Shown: in pieces, positions 24,879 to 38,758 of the stretch
Layout of the letters: each line of letters begins with the position of its first letter
Numbering within the stretch: the stretch's first letter is position 1
Assembly (NCBI RefSeq): GCF_018977255.1
Contig: NW_024704743.1
Coordinates: 17,362,001 to 17,426,000 of the forward strand
DNA: 64,000 nt
Direction: 5' to 3'
Source: Callorhinchus milii
Lineage: Eukaryota
Made by a program: the position numbers and the translations under genes
The notes under the pieces: model-generated
The model's input: the letters and a program-made list of their open reading frames with translations, nothing else
The model's database searches: none
Told to the model about the DNA's origin: nothing

Positions 24879-25255
24879 GTGTCAGCCTGGCTTAGTTGGA
24901 AGAACTCTTGCCTCTTCAGATAGAAGATTGTGGGTTCAAGCCCCTATTTGAAGCTTTGAACTCAGATGCTATAGGCTGATACTCCAATATAGTGTTGGGG
25001 AGTGGTACTTTGTTGGAGGTGCCGTGCTTCAGCTGAGACAGTAAAAATCTTGTCTGCCTGTCCAAGTGAACATTAAAGACAAAATTGGTCATTCACTTCA
25101 CGGCTGTTTGTAGGGCATTGTTGCGTGCAAATTGGCTGCCACAATCGCCTACACAAGAAAGCCATTACCCTTTCCAGTAAATCGCGTGAATCTCACTTCT
25201 TTGAGATGCCCTCCGGATGTGAAAGTTGCTTTAACACATGCAAGCAGTATTATTA
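24879..25255 (+). mobile_element. Older Deu-like SINE copy
   Basis: Same head and TTGGAGGTGCCGT..CAGCTGAGAC core. Confidence 0.6.
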
Positions 25256-25582
25256 TCATAACAGTTCAGGAAGAGTTGAACATTTGTCCGACCTAATGTA
25301 CCCATTCCAATTTTCCAAATTGGCTTTAGATTAGGAAGCAATAGGATCTGTGTTTCTAAATCCAATTGACTAGACACAGAGCAAGAAGGATGATGTCATT
25401 TACAAGCATCCCTGATCTGATTAATTCTGCAACATCAATAGTCCTCTAGAGAAAGGAGAGTAGAACATCCAGGAATCATGCTTGGTGATACCAGCTAGCG
25501 ATAAAGCAAGCTGCTGTGCTTGTATCTATAGTAAAATGTAAAATATAAAATCTATAGTACAAACGTAAAATGTGACACTTAC

Positions 25583-25786
25583 ATTTGGCAATTTCATAAT
25601 GAAATCATAGGCATTAGCCTCCTTGGTAGCCGCTTCAATTTCTGTCATGGTAACGTCTTCACGCCCATAGCGGATGTTTTCAGCTATAGAAGTGGCAAAT
25701 AGAATAGGCTCCTGACTCACAACCCCAATGAATTCCCTGAGATGCTTAATGTTCAAGGATCGAATATCCTGTCCATCCAGAGTAAT
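25583..25786 (-). CDS. ABCB1: ABCB1-type coding exon 12, NBD1 Q-loop ([46 protein letters not shown]...KLPN)
   Basis: GVVSQEP Q-loop; AG/GT; 204 nt. Confidence 0.97.
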
Positions 25787-26797
25787 CTGTAGGAATCGTA
25801 CATTGCAAATTAATATTTCAGGAATCACAGATTTGTAGAGTAAATTCACGTACCTGCAAATTTCTGTCCACGTGAATCCAAATAAATAAACAAGCTCAAA
25901 ATAAATAAACAAATAAATAAACAATAAAATGAACTCTATGAATTTGTGATTGTACTTATATGCACTAACACAACCAACATTCTAAACATGTTAGCTGTCC
26001 ATGAGCAAAGCCACTGAATACATAGTATTGCTTTTACACTAGTAGTTTCCTTCCATCCAGATGTCCATTTTTAGAGTCCCTCCACCTTGCTTTTCCGCCT
26101 TTAAAAACCTGCCTTACAACTCATCTCTTGGACTGCCACATTCCCCTCCCTTCCCCCTGTTCCCCCCCAACCCCTAACTTTGGGTCAGTTGAGTGAAGCA
26201 CTTTCAGATGTCCTCCCAGTCTGAAAGGCACAAACTATATAAACGTAAATTGTTGTTTCCCGAGGCAACTACTAGGAAATCCACATGCCTCTGTTTACCC
26301 AGCAGTAAGTAAGAACCTGGTTGTTACTCGATTGGCAGATTGCTTTCTAGGAGTAATAAACCCTTTCAAAAAAATTACATAAATAATAATAATTTGGTCA
26401 CTCAATCCACGACTGTTTGTAGGACACTGCTGTTTGCAATTGGCTGCCGCATTCGGCCACAAACTTTACAGTCAATTCACTTTACAGTATATTCTGTGAA
26501 GAGCTTTGAGATGTATCAACGACGTGATAAGACGCTATATCAAAGCAAAGGATTATTATTTTTATAGTGTAATATCAGTGCTCCGTATGCTATCTCACGA
26601 GAAGGGCACTATATAAAGGCAAGTTGTTGTCACATCTCTGTTTTTTTCTCAGCTTCAGATCTGCCAAGAAATGAAGCACTCCCCACCGAATACAAAATAT
26701 CATCTCCATAATGAAAAATGAAGGCGTCAGAATTCATTCAGTTTTTGCCTACGGTCTTTTTGACACAAGGAGTACTATCAAAGATTTGGTGCTTTAC

Positions 26798-26923
26798 CAT
26801 CCCCTGTTCAGGGTCGTAAAATCTCTGCAAAAGCTGGATGGTCGTGCTTTTTCCACACCCACTGCTACCAACCAAGGCAATTGTTTGCCCACTGTTGACC
26901 TTCAGGGATAGTCCTTTCAATAT
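26798..26923 (-). CDS. ABCB1: ABCB1-type coding exon 11, NBD1 Walker A ([42 protein letters not shown])
   Basis: GSSGCGKST Walker A; AG/GT; 126 nt. Confidence 0.97.
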
Positions 26924-28179
26924 CTGTACAAAGGCAACAGAGAAGGAAGATGAATAAAGCACTGAGTGGAGTTATTGACATTCATGTTCTTCAGATCATT
27001 TTGAAGATGACACATTTAGAAGTTATTGTATGAATTTCTCTTTCAATGACACAAAGGCCAAATACAGTAAAAACGTAAGACTGATAGCACTACAAGGCAA
27101 AAGGATGCCATGCTGGAAATGAAGCATGATGAAAAGTTTAATTACTTAGGACAAAAAGTTTAATTATTTAAAACATTTATTCGTTGATTTACAAGCTTTT
27201 CCCAGTAAACTCACAGATTCAAGTATGTGTTCAATCCTGAAGTGGAAGCAGATTTATTTTATATACTGAGAACTCCAAATGAAGGTTGGAGACCCATAGT
27301 GCAAACATCATGAGAATTGAAAAGAGCAGAAGAAGCAGGACAATTCCAACCTAGAGTTGGAAATCAATACACCATAGATTTTAGGTGAGAAAGAGGACAA
27401 AGTGGTGCACAATAACTGTACTGCGATCCTGAGTCTTAATTTCAGCAAAGTGAGAATAATAATAATCGTTACATTTTTTATAGTGCCTTATCATGTCACT
27501 GAGACGACTCAAAACGCTTCACAGGTTATCTTGTAAAGTGTTGCGACTCTGTATTTTATGGGCAAATGCATGGGGAAGGAAGGGCATTTAGAACATTGAT
27601 AAAACAAAAGTTTGGGAACGTGAGCTCAAAGCTCCCCATCACCGAACGGTTCAACTTCAGGATCCTCACACTTGTGTACAAATTCATTCACTCCCTAGCA
27701 CCTCACTAATTCTCTGACCCCCTCACTCCAATCTACCACCTGGGGCATCCGCTCGAAAAGCACCGGCCTCCTACTTGTCTCTCGCACTCTTCGCTCCACC
27801 ATTGGAGGTCGCGCTTTCAGACACTACGCCTTGAAACTGTGGAACACTCTCCCTCAATCCCTCCTGCCTTGCCTGCGCTCTCCCCTTTTCCAAGTCCCTC
27901 CCTTTTCGACCATGCTTACAGTCACCCCCCACACCACACACTCCGCCAGCTCGGAGTCAGGCTCCGACACTGTAAAGCGCTCTGAGAAGCTACCCTGCAT
28001 GGAGGGTGCTACATAAGTGCAATTTGTTGTTATTATAAAGCAGAGGTATGCTATTATCTTTATTCATTAGCAATTTTCAATCACAAGTGAAGCTTTTATC
28101 TACTATTTTGCTTTCATTGTGGAATATCCTTCTTTACTGTAGGGAAAATCAATAAAGCTGTACTCTTTACATACTGATC

Positions 28180-28495
28180 TATAATAATAATAATCCTTGC
28201 ATTCGATGTAGTGCCTTATCACATCTTCAAGACGTCTCAAAGCGCTTCACAGAATATACTGAAAAATGAATTGACTGAATATTTTGTGGGCAAAACGCGG
28301 CAGCTAATTGCATACAGCAGTAACCCACAAACAGTCGTTGATTGAGTGACCAATTTTTATTATTGTATATTTTTTAAAGGAATTATTATCCCTAGAAAAG
28401 CGATCTGCCAATCGACTAACACCCAGTATCCTACTTGCTGCTGGGTAAACAGAGGCATGTGGAGTAAAGAAAGTTGTCCAATGTTTCGCCTGCGA
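28180..28495 (-). mobile_element. tRNA-derived SINE (young family), headless copy
   Basis: Body and tail similarity. Confidence 0.75.
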
Positions 28496-28881
28496 TGTGA
28501 GATGATTACATTTATATCCATTTCAAAGGAGCATTCCTGGCCAATATAGTTTTTTCTAGCCAGCAATCTCTCAAATAAAATTGGTCATTTACTTCATGGC
28601 TGTTTGTGGGACACTGCTGTGTGCAAATTAGATGCTGTTTCACCTACAAAATACATATTCACTACACTTTATAGTATATCCAGTGAAGAGCTTTGAGACA
28701 TCCTCTAGACATGAAAGGCACAATATCAAATGCAAGGATTATTAATAAATAATTAAATAATTAGGAATAAACAAATTGGCTGCCGCAGTATAAAATTAAT
28801 ACATACATTTTAATATATTGTGAAATGATTGCTGAGTTACTAATCTTGCTATGTATGTAGTACGAGTGAAAGCAGTCCTAC

Positions 28882-28992
28882 CTGAATGTCAGGCCGTGAG
28901 GGGTAATTGAAATGCACGTTTTGAAATTCCACATTTCCCTGAATATGATTCAGCTTGTGGCCGCTCTCAGAAAAGCTATCGATTGCCGGTTT
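28882..28992 (-). CDS. ABCB1: ABCB1-type coding exon 10 (KPAIDSFSESGHKLNHIQGNVEFQNVHFNYPSRPDIQ)
   Basis: A-loop NVHF.YPSR; AG/GT; 111 nt. Confidence 0.95.
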
Positions 28993-29096
28993 CTGCGTTA
29001 CGATAGAGAGAAAAGTGCAGAGTCAACAGGTGAGCACCATCCTAGAGGTCCATACAGTATTCGGGCACTGAATTTAGACGATCTGTGAGAACCTTG

Positions 29097-29920
29097 CAAC
29101 AATAACAACAACGAGATTACATTTTATTGTGCCTTTCACGTCGGGAGGACGTCCCAAGGCGCTGGACAGTGTACAGCATTTCAGACCCAAACTGGAGTCA
29201 AGGGGGAGAAGGGAGGGGAGGGGAAGTGGGGTGACTGATTGCATGGTCGAAGAGGAGGGTCTTGAGGCACGACTTGAAGGAGGCTAAGGAGGGGGTGAGG
29301 CGGAGTGATTGGGGGATAGAATTCCAGAGGGTGGGGGCAGAGTGGCTGCCGGCTCTCCCGCCAATGGTGGGGCGGGTGGGTCGGGGCACGTAGAGCATGC
29401 CAGAGCCGGCTGAGCGGAGGGAAAAGGCAGGTTGGTAGGGGGTTAGGAGGTCACAGAAGTAGGGTGGGGCGAGGCCATGGAGGGCTTTGTATGTGAGGAC
29501 CAGGATCTTGAACTGGATCCTCTGAAGGATAGGGTGCCAGTGGAGTCGGGCGAGAGTGGGGGAGATGGGGTCACGGAGTTTGGTGCGGGAGAGGACACGG
29601 GCTGCAGAGTTCTGGATTATCTGCAGTCTATGGAGGGAGGAGTTGGGAAGGCCGACAAGCAGAGCGTTTGCATAGTCGAGCCTGGAGTTGATGAAGGCAT
29701 GAACAAAAGTTTCAGTGGCCTGAGGGGTGAGGTAGTGGTGGAGTCGGGCGATGTTATGGAGGTGAGAGAAGGCAGAGTGGGTCATGGCTTGGATGTGGGG
29801 AAGAAAAGACAGTTGAGGGTTGAACAAGACACTTAGGTTCCTGACTGGCGGTGAGTTGAAGTGTGCAACCATGGAGGTTGATGCTGCCAGAGCCTGAGGT
29901 GCAGAGGAGCTGGCGCGAGC
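29097..29920 (-). mobile_element. L2 LINE 3' fragment, second subfamily
   Basis: 241-aa ORF with [35 protein letters not shown], plus tail. Confidence 0.88.
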
Positions 29921-30115
29921 CAATCATCACAAAACCATTTGCTGCAAAGAAATCGAATCACAATTAACTATTTAGTATCTATTTAAAGTAAAAGTATATT
30001 TTAGTTATCGTTCCTGCACGTTTTTCTCTGGTTAAGAGGTTGGGCTTTAGGATCAGGAGCCCCCTATCTGCTCACTACTGTACCCATGATGCTGCTTCTG
30101 AAGAACAAACCTTAC

Positions 30116-30229
30116 ATGATCTATGATGTTGAAGATCACATGAGCTGCACCTCTTGCAGTGGCCAGTGCTTCAATATTCGGGGAAGTTTGACCCACAGAA
30201 AATGCTCCAATTATAACTGAAAAAAAAAC
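30116..30229 (-). CDS. ABCB1: ABCB1-type coding exon 9, TM6 (VFFSVIIGAFSVGQTSPNIEALATARGAAHVIFNIIDH)
   Basis: VFFSV.IGAFSVGQ motif; AG/GT; 114 nt. Confidence 0.95.
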
Positions 30230-31175
30230 CTGAACAATAAAAAAGAAATAAAATTAGAGACAGATATTGCAATCTTAACACTATTAATGGAACAATTCTG
30301 ACGTGATTTTCAAATAAAAATAATAATCCTTGCATTTGATACAGTGCATTATCACGTCGTCGAGAGGTCTCAAAGCAGTTTTATTATACTACTAATAAAA
30401 TTCTGAAACTACACTGTTGGATCATAAGGTAGGGACAACATGTCAGATGTTGATGAAATCCTCAAGCTCATTGCAGTTGGTAAAGGTTGTTTTTCACAAT
30501 TTTTTTCTGGTGGACAAAGGCTGCAGAGCTAAATACTGTGATAAATGCTGAAGCACTTCCACACAGAAACACAAAGCTGCAAGCCAAAGCCTTAACGAAT
30601 TTGGCAACCCAGCTGGACAAGCAACAGAATGCCAGAATGCAAAAATTGTGCGGTTTTAGCTTAGTAAATTCCACAATACCCCAATGCACACTCTGGCTCT
30701 TGCCAATCTTCACCTAGACTCTCTATTAATAAGCAAGCAGAGTCTGTCCCTCTGGGCTGAAAGTGCACACTCCATACCGCATAAACACAAACCGTCCATA
30801 TTGAACTTTCATTAGTTTGATTTGGGTTCTTAAGCATGGTGATGGGTTTCCATGTGTGTCAGACACTGGACTGCCAAAAAAAAACACACAACAACCCGAC
30901 CACCTAAAAATAAAGAGAAGATAGCACCAGTAGGGAGTGAGTACACCACAGGCACGAACAGGTCGAATGGCCTTCTTCTGCGATATAGATTTCTAGGATT
31001 CCAGTTTGGTCAACAGGGGCACAACCTTTAGGGCAGTTATCCCAAGATGTTTGACCTCTCAACTAAGGAATAGAATGTTTCATTTTTTTTGAGTGAAGGA
31101 GAGGGGTAGGGGAGGGGCAGTGATTATCGAAAGAGTCAGAAACATAATAATAAAACAAATTGGACTGTCACTTAC

Positions 31176-31347
31176 TGTAAGCACGATTCCAATGGAATAG
31201 TCATCTTCCAGAATGAGGGTGCTGCCATACCAGAAAGCCAGGGCATAGGAGGCGTAGATTACTAAGAAGGAGAAACCCACTCCTAAATTGGTACTAATGG
31301 CCTTTTTTATTCCAATGTTCTTAGCGTCAATTAAATTTTTGTGATAC
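31176..31347 (-). CDS. ABCB1: ABCB1-type coding exon 8 ([57 protein letters not shown])
   Basis: [11 protein letters not shown] motif; AG/GT; 172 nt. Confidence 0.95.
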
Positions 31348-31474
31348 CTGTATGAAATGATGAATGAATTAATTTGGTTTTATCTTTGCTGTACTGCGAA
31401 CAGAGAACTCACCCTTTTAAAAAACAACCTTCATTCTGGGAGCTGAGGAAGGAAGGAGGGGGGAAGAAAGGGGA

Positions 31475-33120
31475 ACAACAACAACTTGCAGTTATACGGC
31501 GCCCTCCACACAGGGTAAGTCTCAGAGTGCTTAACAGTGGTGGAGCCTGACTCTGAGCCAGTGGTGGGAAGATGACCATAAATATAGTCGAAAAGGAAGT
31601 TTTCAGGCAGGACTTGAAAACAGGGAGAGATGGGGCAAGGTGGAGGCATTGAGGGAGAGTGTTCCACAGTTTTGGGGCATAGTGACTGGGTGGAAATGTG
31701 ACCTCCAACGGTGGAGCAGAAGGTGCGACGTACAAGTAGGAGGCCGGTGCCAGTCGAGCGGAGGTGCCTGATGGTGGATTGGGGAGTGAGGAACTTGGAG
31801 AGATAGGGAGATGCCAGGGAGTGAATGGATTTGAACACGAGTGTGAGGATCTTGAAGTCAATCCATTTGGTGATGGGGAGCCAGTGGAGCCTGGCCAGAA
31901 CTGGTGAGATGTGGGTACGGAGTTTGGTCCGAGTCAATATGGGGGTGGCAAAATTCTGAATGAGCTGGATTTTTTGAAAAGTGGAGCTGGGGAGACCGGC
32001 AAGGAGTGAATTGGAATAATCCAGGTGGGAGGTGACCTCCTGCACGCACAAGGGTTTTGGCTGCATTTGAGGTAAGGTACAGTCAGAGGCGGAGGTGGAA
32101 GAAGGTGGTCCTGGTGGTTCGGTGATTCTGAGGGAGAGCCCAGGAATGTTGAGGAGTTTAGATCCGCAGGAGTGAAGACTCGAGAGCCAAAGAATACGGC
32201 TTCCATCTTGTCCACATTCAGCTGCAGGAAGTTTGCACTCATCCAGGCCATGATGTCTGCCAGAGAAGCTGATAGAACATCGACAGACCTGGAGTCGATG
32301 CTGGAGGAGGCAAAGTAGATTTGTGCATCATCCGCATACATGTAGAAGTTTGCCCCATGTCTGCGGATGACATTGCCAAGAAGGAGCATATAGATGGGGA
32401 AAAGAAGAGGGCCAAGGATTGGAGCCCTGGGGTACCCCACAAGTAACTGGGTGGGGGCAGGAAGAGAAACCATTTGCCGAGATGAAGTGGAGGCGGTTGG
32501 TTAAATAGGACTCGAACCACGCGAGTGGGATTGCACTAAGATTGTTGAGGGAGGAGGCGGTGGAGAAGGATGGGTGGTCGACAATGTCAAATGCGGCAGA
32601 GAGATCAGGAGGATGAGGAGTTAGAGGGAGCCCTGGTCACAGATAGAGAAGACGTTGTTTGTGACTTTGACAAGCTCTGTCTCTGTGCTGTGGGCAGTCA
32701 GGGCAAAAACCAGACTGCAGGGGCCTCAAGGAGGGAGTTGGAGGGAAAGGTGTAACTAAAGTTGACCTGCAATAATGCGTTCCAGAACTTTAACAAGGAA
32801 GGGTAGGTTGGAAATGGGACGGTAGTGTGAGATATTAGAAGGATCGAGGGTGGTTTTTTTGAGGAGGGTTGTGATAACAGCGGTTTTCAGGGGGAGCGGA
32901 ACAGAGCCTGAGGAGAGAGACTGGTTGACCGTGTCGACCAGCAGTGGGGAGAGGGGGGAAGTTGAGCGACCAGCAGCTGGGTGGAGAGAGGGTCGAGGCA
33001 GCAGGTGGTGAACTTCATGCAGGTGATTGTGGTTGAGAGGGAGGAGGGAAAAATGGGGGCAAAGGAGTGCAAGGAGTGGGGAATGGCAGTAGCCGTGGCG
33101 GAGGGAAAAGGCGGTGTGGA
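31475..33120 (-). mobile_element. L2 LINE fragment (RT region and 3' end), decayed
   Basis: ILGPLLFPIYM, MYADDAQIY, LDYSNSLLAGLP, LHWLPI..IDFKIL. Confidence 0.85.
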
Positions 33121-33774
33121 TGGTCTGTCAAAAGGGCGGTGGGGTGTGAGCAGATCAGAGAGGTAGGGAGTTGGCAGGGCACAAAGTAAAAGTAAGGGGG
33201 AGGATCTCAAAATCAATCTATTCTACAACAGAGAGCCAGTGGAGTCTGGCAAGAACTGGGAAGATGAACCTATGTTGGCTCAGTACATGAGAGCTGCAAA
33301 AGAAAGAACTTGCAACTAAAAAGCATGAAAAATGTCAGAATGTAGGAAAGTTTAAAGACTAGTCATTTTTCAAGCGAATACAAGGCTGATGTGTCTCTTG
33401 CAAAATCTGTATTTATAAGAATAATACAATTGTTATTGTATTGCTATACTATTATAACAATGTTATCATTCTTATAGTCGTTGTTATTATAATCCAATTT
33501 GTGTATATGTGTGTATATTTCACAAACACTTCCTGATATAATTATCATTGAAACTGCACCATGTGAATTGAGGATCACTTTAAGTAACAATAATAATCCT
33601 TGAATTTGATATAGCGCCTTATCACATCTTCGAGACATCTCAAAGCGCTTCACAGATTATACTGTAAAGTGAATTGACTGTATATCTTGTGGGTGAGTAG
33701 AACCATTGCTATATTTATGGTCGCCAACCCCAGTGCAGTCACCCGCATCTGGTGAGAAGAATGGAAGCTCTTAC

Positions 33775-33899
33775 CTCTCAATTTCCTTCTTCTGTCCCCC
33801 AAAGGCTACCACAGTTCTGATGGATCCCAGAACCTCCTCTGCCACCGCTCCAGCTTTTGCATAGGCAGTTTGCTCTTGATTAGTGAACGAAGACAATAT
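33775..33899 (-). CDS. ABCB1: ABCB1-type coding exon 7 ([41 protein letters not shown])
   Basis: [23 protein letters not shown] motif; AG/GT; 125 nt. Confidence 0.95.
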
Positions 33900-35071
33900 C
33901 TGGATCATTTACAAAAGAAAATAACAAGCTCAGAGTGACTGAAATCCTTCAGATTTAGTGCATTATTAGTGAAAACAAGTGACCCAAAGCGCAATTGAAA
34001 GGCAGGTTTAAAGGCAGCTTCAATTATAATCCCTCCAAAAACCCGAAACAATAATACATTGGTCATTTTCAATTTACGACTGTTTGTGGGACATTGCTGT
34101 GCGCAATTGGCTGCCGCGTTCGCCCACAAATATACAGTCAATTCACTTTACAGTGTGTTCTGTGAAGCACTTTGGGACGTCCTCCTGACGTGAAAAGCGC
34201 TATATCAAATGCAAGGATTACTATTATTATTATTATTATTATTATAAAGGTATGGAGGAAAGGGGCAAGGTGGAAATATTCAAGCGAGTTGGAGGCTGAA
34301 TAGCTGGCATGTTGTGATATCCCGCACGCATTCTCATCCGCACTGAAGTTCACACCCTAATTACCCCAGTCATGGCCAAACTCCACTGGTTCCCTATCAC
34401 AGAGCTGATCAACTTCAAGATTCTCACTCTAGTGTTTAAATCCCTCAGGTCCTTGGCACCCTCCTATCTTTCCAATCTCCTGTCTCCTGATAGCACTACC
34501 CGCTGTCTCCGCTCTACAGGCTCCAGCCTCCTCCTTGTTCCTTGAATCCTCTGCTCCGCCATCGGAGGCTGCGCCTTCAGCCACTACACCCCAAAGCTAT
34601 GGAACTCCCTCCCTCAACCTCTTCACCTTCCCCCCTCTTTCCCCATTTTCAGGATGCGCCTGAAGACCTTTCTCTTCCACCGTGCCTATGTCACCTCCCC
34701 CTAGCTTGGTATTGGGCTCCACCATTGTTAAGCGCTCTGGGATGCCGCCCTATATAAATACAAGTTGTTGTCGTTGTAGTTCCACAGGTGCTGGATGCCC
34801 TCTGATACCTCACCCATCATCATTGTAGAGTTGTGGGCTTTGAAAGGGAGCTACAGGTTATGTAACAATGGAAAGTATCACAGCAAAGCTCAATCCTCTC
34901 CTCACTCTATACTCTCACACAGGTTTTCCTTCTACCTAGAATCGTACATGCTATCCACCTAGTGGGGCCTCAAACCTGTACTTGTCAAATATAAAAAGGC
35001 AAAATGGTAACTTGGGGGACGGGGGCAGGTAAGCAGGACCTTATTTGGAGCTGAGCTGGCTCCAAGTTGAT

Positions 35072-35390
35072 ATAATAATAATAATTCTTGCATTTGATAT
35101 AGCGCTTTTCACGTCGGGAGGATGTCCCAAAGCGCTTCACAGAACACACTGTAAAGTAAATTGACTGTATATTTGTGGACGAACGCGGCAGCTAATTGCG
35201 CACAGCAATGTCCCACAAAGTCGTAGATTGAAAATGACCAATTTAATTATTGTTTTTAGTTTTGGAGGGATTATTATTAGGCGTGTGTAGTAAGGAAACT
35301 TGCCCAAGGTTTCGCCCTGACCTGCCTGGAATTGAACTCAGGTCTCTCGCTTGCAAAGCAAATGCTCTAACCACTGAGCTACAGGACTCC
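35072..35390 (-). mobile_element. tRNA-derived SINE (young family) copy
   Basis: Same head, body and tail as 55840-56143. Confidence 0.85.
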
Positions 35391-35542
35391 ACATGCGTAG
35401 CAATGGAGTATCGGTATCGATTCAGCCTTTTGTGGAGGTCTTAGTACTGACCGGAGAGCAAATCACGGTATTGTTTTCAAACTGAAAATGAATGTTTTTA
35501 CAGTCAAACAGGATGAAAGTACAAATAATCAACTCCACTAAC

Positions 35543-35714
35543 CTTGGAAAAGGTGGCTGCAGCAAGTCCCATAACTGGACTGACAGCAAGTATCACCAGT
35601 GTCAGTTTCCAGCCTTTCACTAAGCCAACTACAAATCCAGCTATGAAGGTTGCCAGTGACTGTATGAGCATGCCTATTTTATCGCCTGTGCCATCGCTTA
35701 TTTTCAAGATATCA
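35543..35714 (-). CDS. ABCB1: ABCB1-type coding exon 6 ([57 protein letters not shown])
   Basis: [10 protein letters not shown] motif; AG/GT; 172 nt. Confidence 0.95.
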
Positions 35715-38566
35715 CTAGAAGGATAAAAGCGTCAGTATAACAGAAAGAACTTGAATTGAATAGCATCTTAAAATAATAATAATCATTGCATTTAATACAT
35801 CGTCTATAAAGCTACAATGTTTCAAATGTGCTTCACAGAGTTTTTCTGTAACGTGTAGTGACTGTGTATTTGTAGGCGAACGCAGCACACAGATTGCACA
35901 CAGCACTGTTAGACGAACTACCACAAAATGAATAAACACATTTATCCAGGGGACTTTTGTTCAGGACACTGGGAGAAACTTCTTTGTTTTTTCAAACAGT
36001 GTTGTGAGATAACTTTACTACCCATCTGAACGGGTAGACGGGACCTTTAATGTCTCACCCGAAGGATGGCACCTCCGTCAATGCAGAGCTCCCCAGTACA
36101 GCACTGGAATCTTGGCACAGACTGTGAGTTTGAGCTAAAAAAAAAGCCGGATGTGCAGCTTGAATCAAAAACCTCCTGACCCAGAGGTTCTGCCAGCTGA
36201 GCCGAGCAGATAGTAAAGCAAAGTTATTGTTCAGTTTCCCAATAACTCCCTTCAAACTTCTCTAGGGTGACATACTTATATGAACTATTTCTGGTCTAAA
36301 GATCTTCAACATCACCAAATTCAAGAGACTACGCCTAATTAAGAGCAAACCTCCTGCGGTGAATAGTTCTTTCAATCATACTGTAAGCCTGAATGGTTAC
36401 AAGTCATCTCTGAAATGTGCCTCAAGTCAAGATTAAAAAATCCTCATGATTCTGTGCTCAAGACATCATTTACTTTCTTTCGTACTTCTAACCTTTGATT
36501 GAATGCAGAGTAGTCTTGAACTCTACGCATTGTGATTTTGAACCCTCTTTGTGTATCGTGGCCCACCTCAACTTATTTAGTTGAAATTCCAGCCAACAAT
36601 TAATTTAACGGACCTTGGTCTGCTCCTTTATTTTCCTCCATCATTTCCAAGAACTTCACTTTGAAATGTTCTGATTTATTTATGGGCAAAGGAGTTTTTC
36701 CCGATGTGGTGGCCGACCACCCTCTCGATAAAATTATTCATTCACTTCAAGGCTGTTTGTGGGATATTGCTGTGAGCAAATTGGATGCTGTGTTCACCTA
36801 TTAAGACACAGTCATTGCACTATACAACAACAGCTTGTATTTAATTAGTGCTATTCACACTGGGTAGTGCAGTGTTGCAGAATAAATCCTGACATACTTT
36901 ATAATGTTTCCATGCCAAGACAAGGTGCTTTGTCAAATAAAATGATTATTATTCTATTTGATTAGACTCTGCAGCCCATATTCTCCTCTGCACCTCCCTA
37001 CCTCTCTAACCTTCTCTCTCCTCAAAACAGTACGCGTTGCTTTCGTTCCTCCGGGTCTGGCCTCCTCCTCGTCCCCCGAGTCCTCCGCTCCACAGATCCC
37101 GGGACTGCGCCTTTGGTCACCTTCCTCCTTCTCCCCCTGGCTCGGTCCCGGGATCTGTCAATTTGAAGCGCTCTGAGACGCTGTCCGGCGTGGAGGGCGC
37201 TATATAAATCCAAGTTGTTGTTGTTATTGTTGCTCATGGCTCCACGCACCCAATTTTTCCAAGCTCCACAGGCTTCCAAGATCCCGTGCATCAACTTTAA
37301 CATCCTTGTCTTGACCAGCAAATCTCTTCGATCTTGCTCCTCCCTACGTTTGCAACATCTTCCACCCTTATTCTCTTGACCGTATCCTCCCCTCTTCCAG
37401 TTCTGGTTTATTGTTAATCCCTTGCTCCCTCTATCCCATGATTGGTGGCTGTGCCATCAGGTCAAAACCCTTAATGGATCAATTTCAAGATCCTCACCCT
37501 CGTTTTCAAATCCCTTCTTGCACCTCTTGCATCCCTGGCACCTCCCTACCTCTCTGACCTGCTTACTCCCCAACCCACAATCTGTTGCTTCCGCTTGACT
37601 GACTCCGGCATTCTGCTTGCCCATCGTGCTCCACCACTGTCAAGCACTCTGGGGCGCTACACCCAGTGTGAAGGGCACTGTAAAGCAAATTGTTGTTGTT
37701 GTTAATTATCCCTTCCTTCTATCTGCTCAGTGCTCCCTTTCATAACCGGTTAAGTGTGTTAGATGTTCATTGTAAATGAAAGGAGCGACATAAGTTTAAA
37801 TTGTTGATGTTGATAGAAGTGTCTTAAATCCATATATCAGGTGTCAGCTTGGCTCATTTAGTAGCACTCTTGCCTTTGAATAATAAGGTTGTGGGTTCAA
37901 GCCCCACGTGGAGATTTTAAACTCAGTCTAGGCTGATAATAACATTCTGGTTTGGATACTCTTAAGTGTGGTGCTGACTTTCTGCATTGCTGGTTGACTC
38001 CAAAAAAAAATATTTGACATCAGTGCCGAGCATTTAGTTATCGGAAATATCAACAAATTTGCGGAAAGGCACCAACGTGAATGACTCAAGGCAGTGACTA
38101 CTTTTTCATCACAATCAGCCTCTGTCAGTAGAAATGCATTGTCGGAAAACCCACAGTATAAAAGTAAATAAACTGTCTTGATTTATGCAAACATAAGATA
38201 TAGGACATTATGTACAGAATAAAGATCTTATAACTCAGTGGTTGGGAGTTCATAAAATCCTAACCTACGCTATAACAGGACATGATCACCAGTCAGCACT
38301 TCCCCTTACACTGCTTATTTACGTAGAATGATGGCTTCAAAATGGCAGAAATCATGGCAGAGTGATGTTGGCCTAATGACCTGGAAGTCGGCCATTTTGT
38401 CTTCCACTTGCCAGCGTTTTAAGGCGCCAGCAAGCACATTTGAGATCTTTCGGTGGTAGGGAAATGTCAGAGTCCACATCCCAACTGCTCTTAGAGAACC
38501 CGTGTTACTACGGTTATAACGGGCTTCTACTATGTATTACTGGAGTTTAAAGTCAGAAACACTTAC

Positions 38567-38758
38567 TCTGTTAATCGTGTATTGAGCTCTCCAATCTCGT
38601 TGACATCAAACCATCCTATTTCCTGATGTAACACAGCATGGAAAAAGGCTGATCTCATCTTTTTAGTCTGCCTGGCCGCAGCCAGTGCCCAGAAACTAAC
38701 CTGCATGTAAGCAGCTATCATAACACCCACACCTATCCCTACATAGTAGAAGGAATAT
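38567..38758 (-). CDS. ABCB1: ABCB1-type coding exon 5 ([63 protein letters not shown])
   Basis: Conserved QEIGWFD...GELNTRL; AG/GT; 192 nt. Confidence 0.95.

Noticed and set aside
38495..38528. Small imperfect hairpin AGAACCCGT...ACGGGCTTCT near an exon donor
   Set aside because: Short and imperfect, single occurrence; compatible with chance or a MITE remnant.
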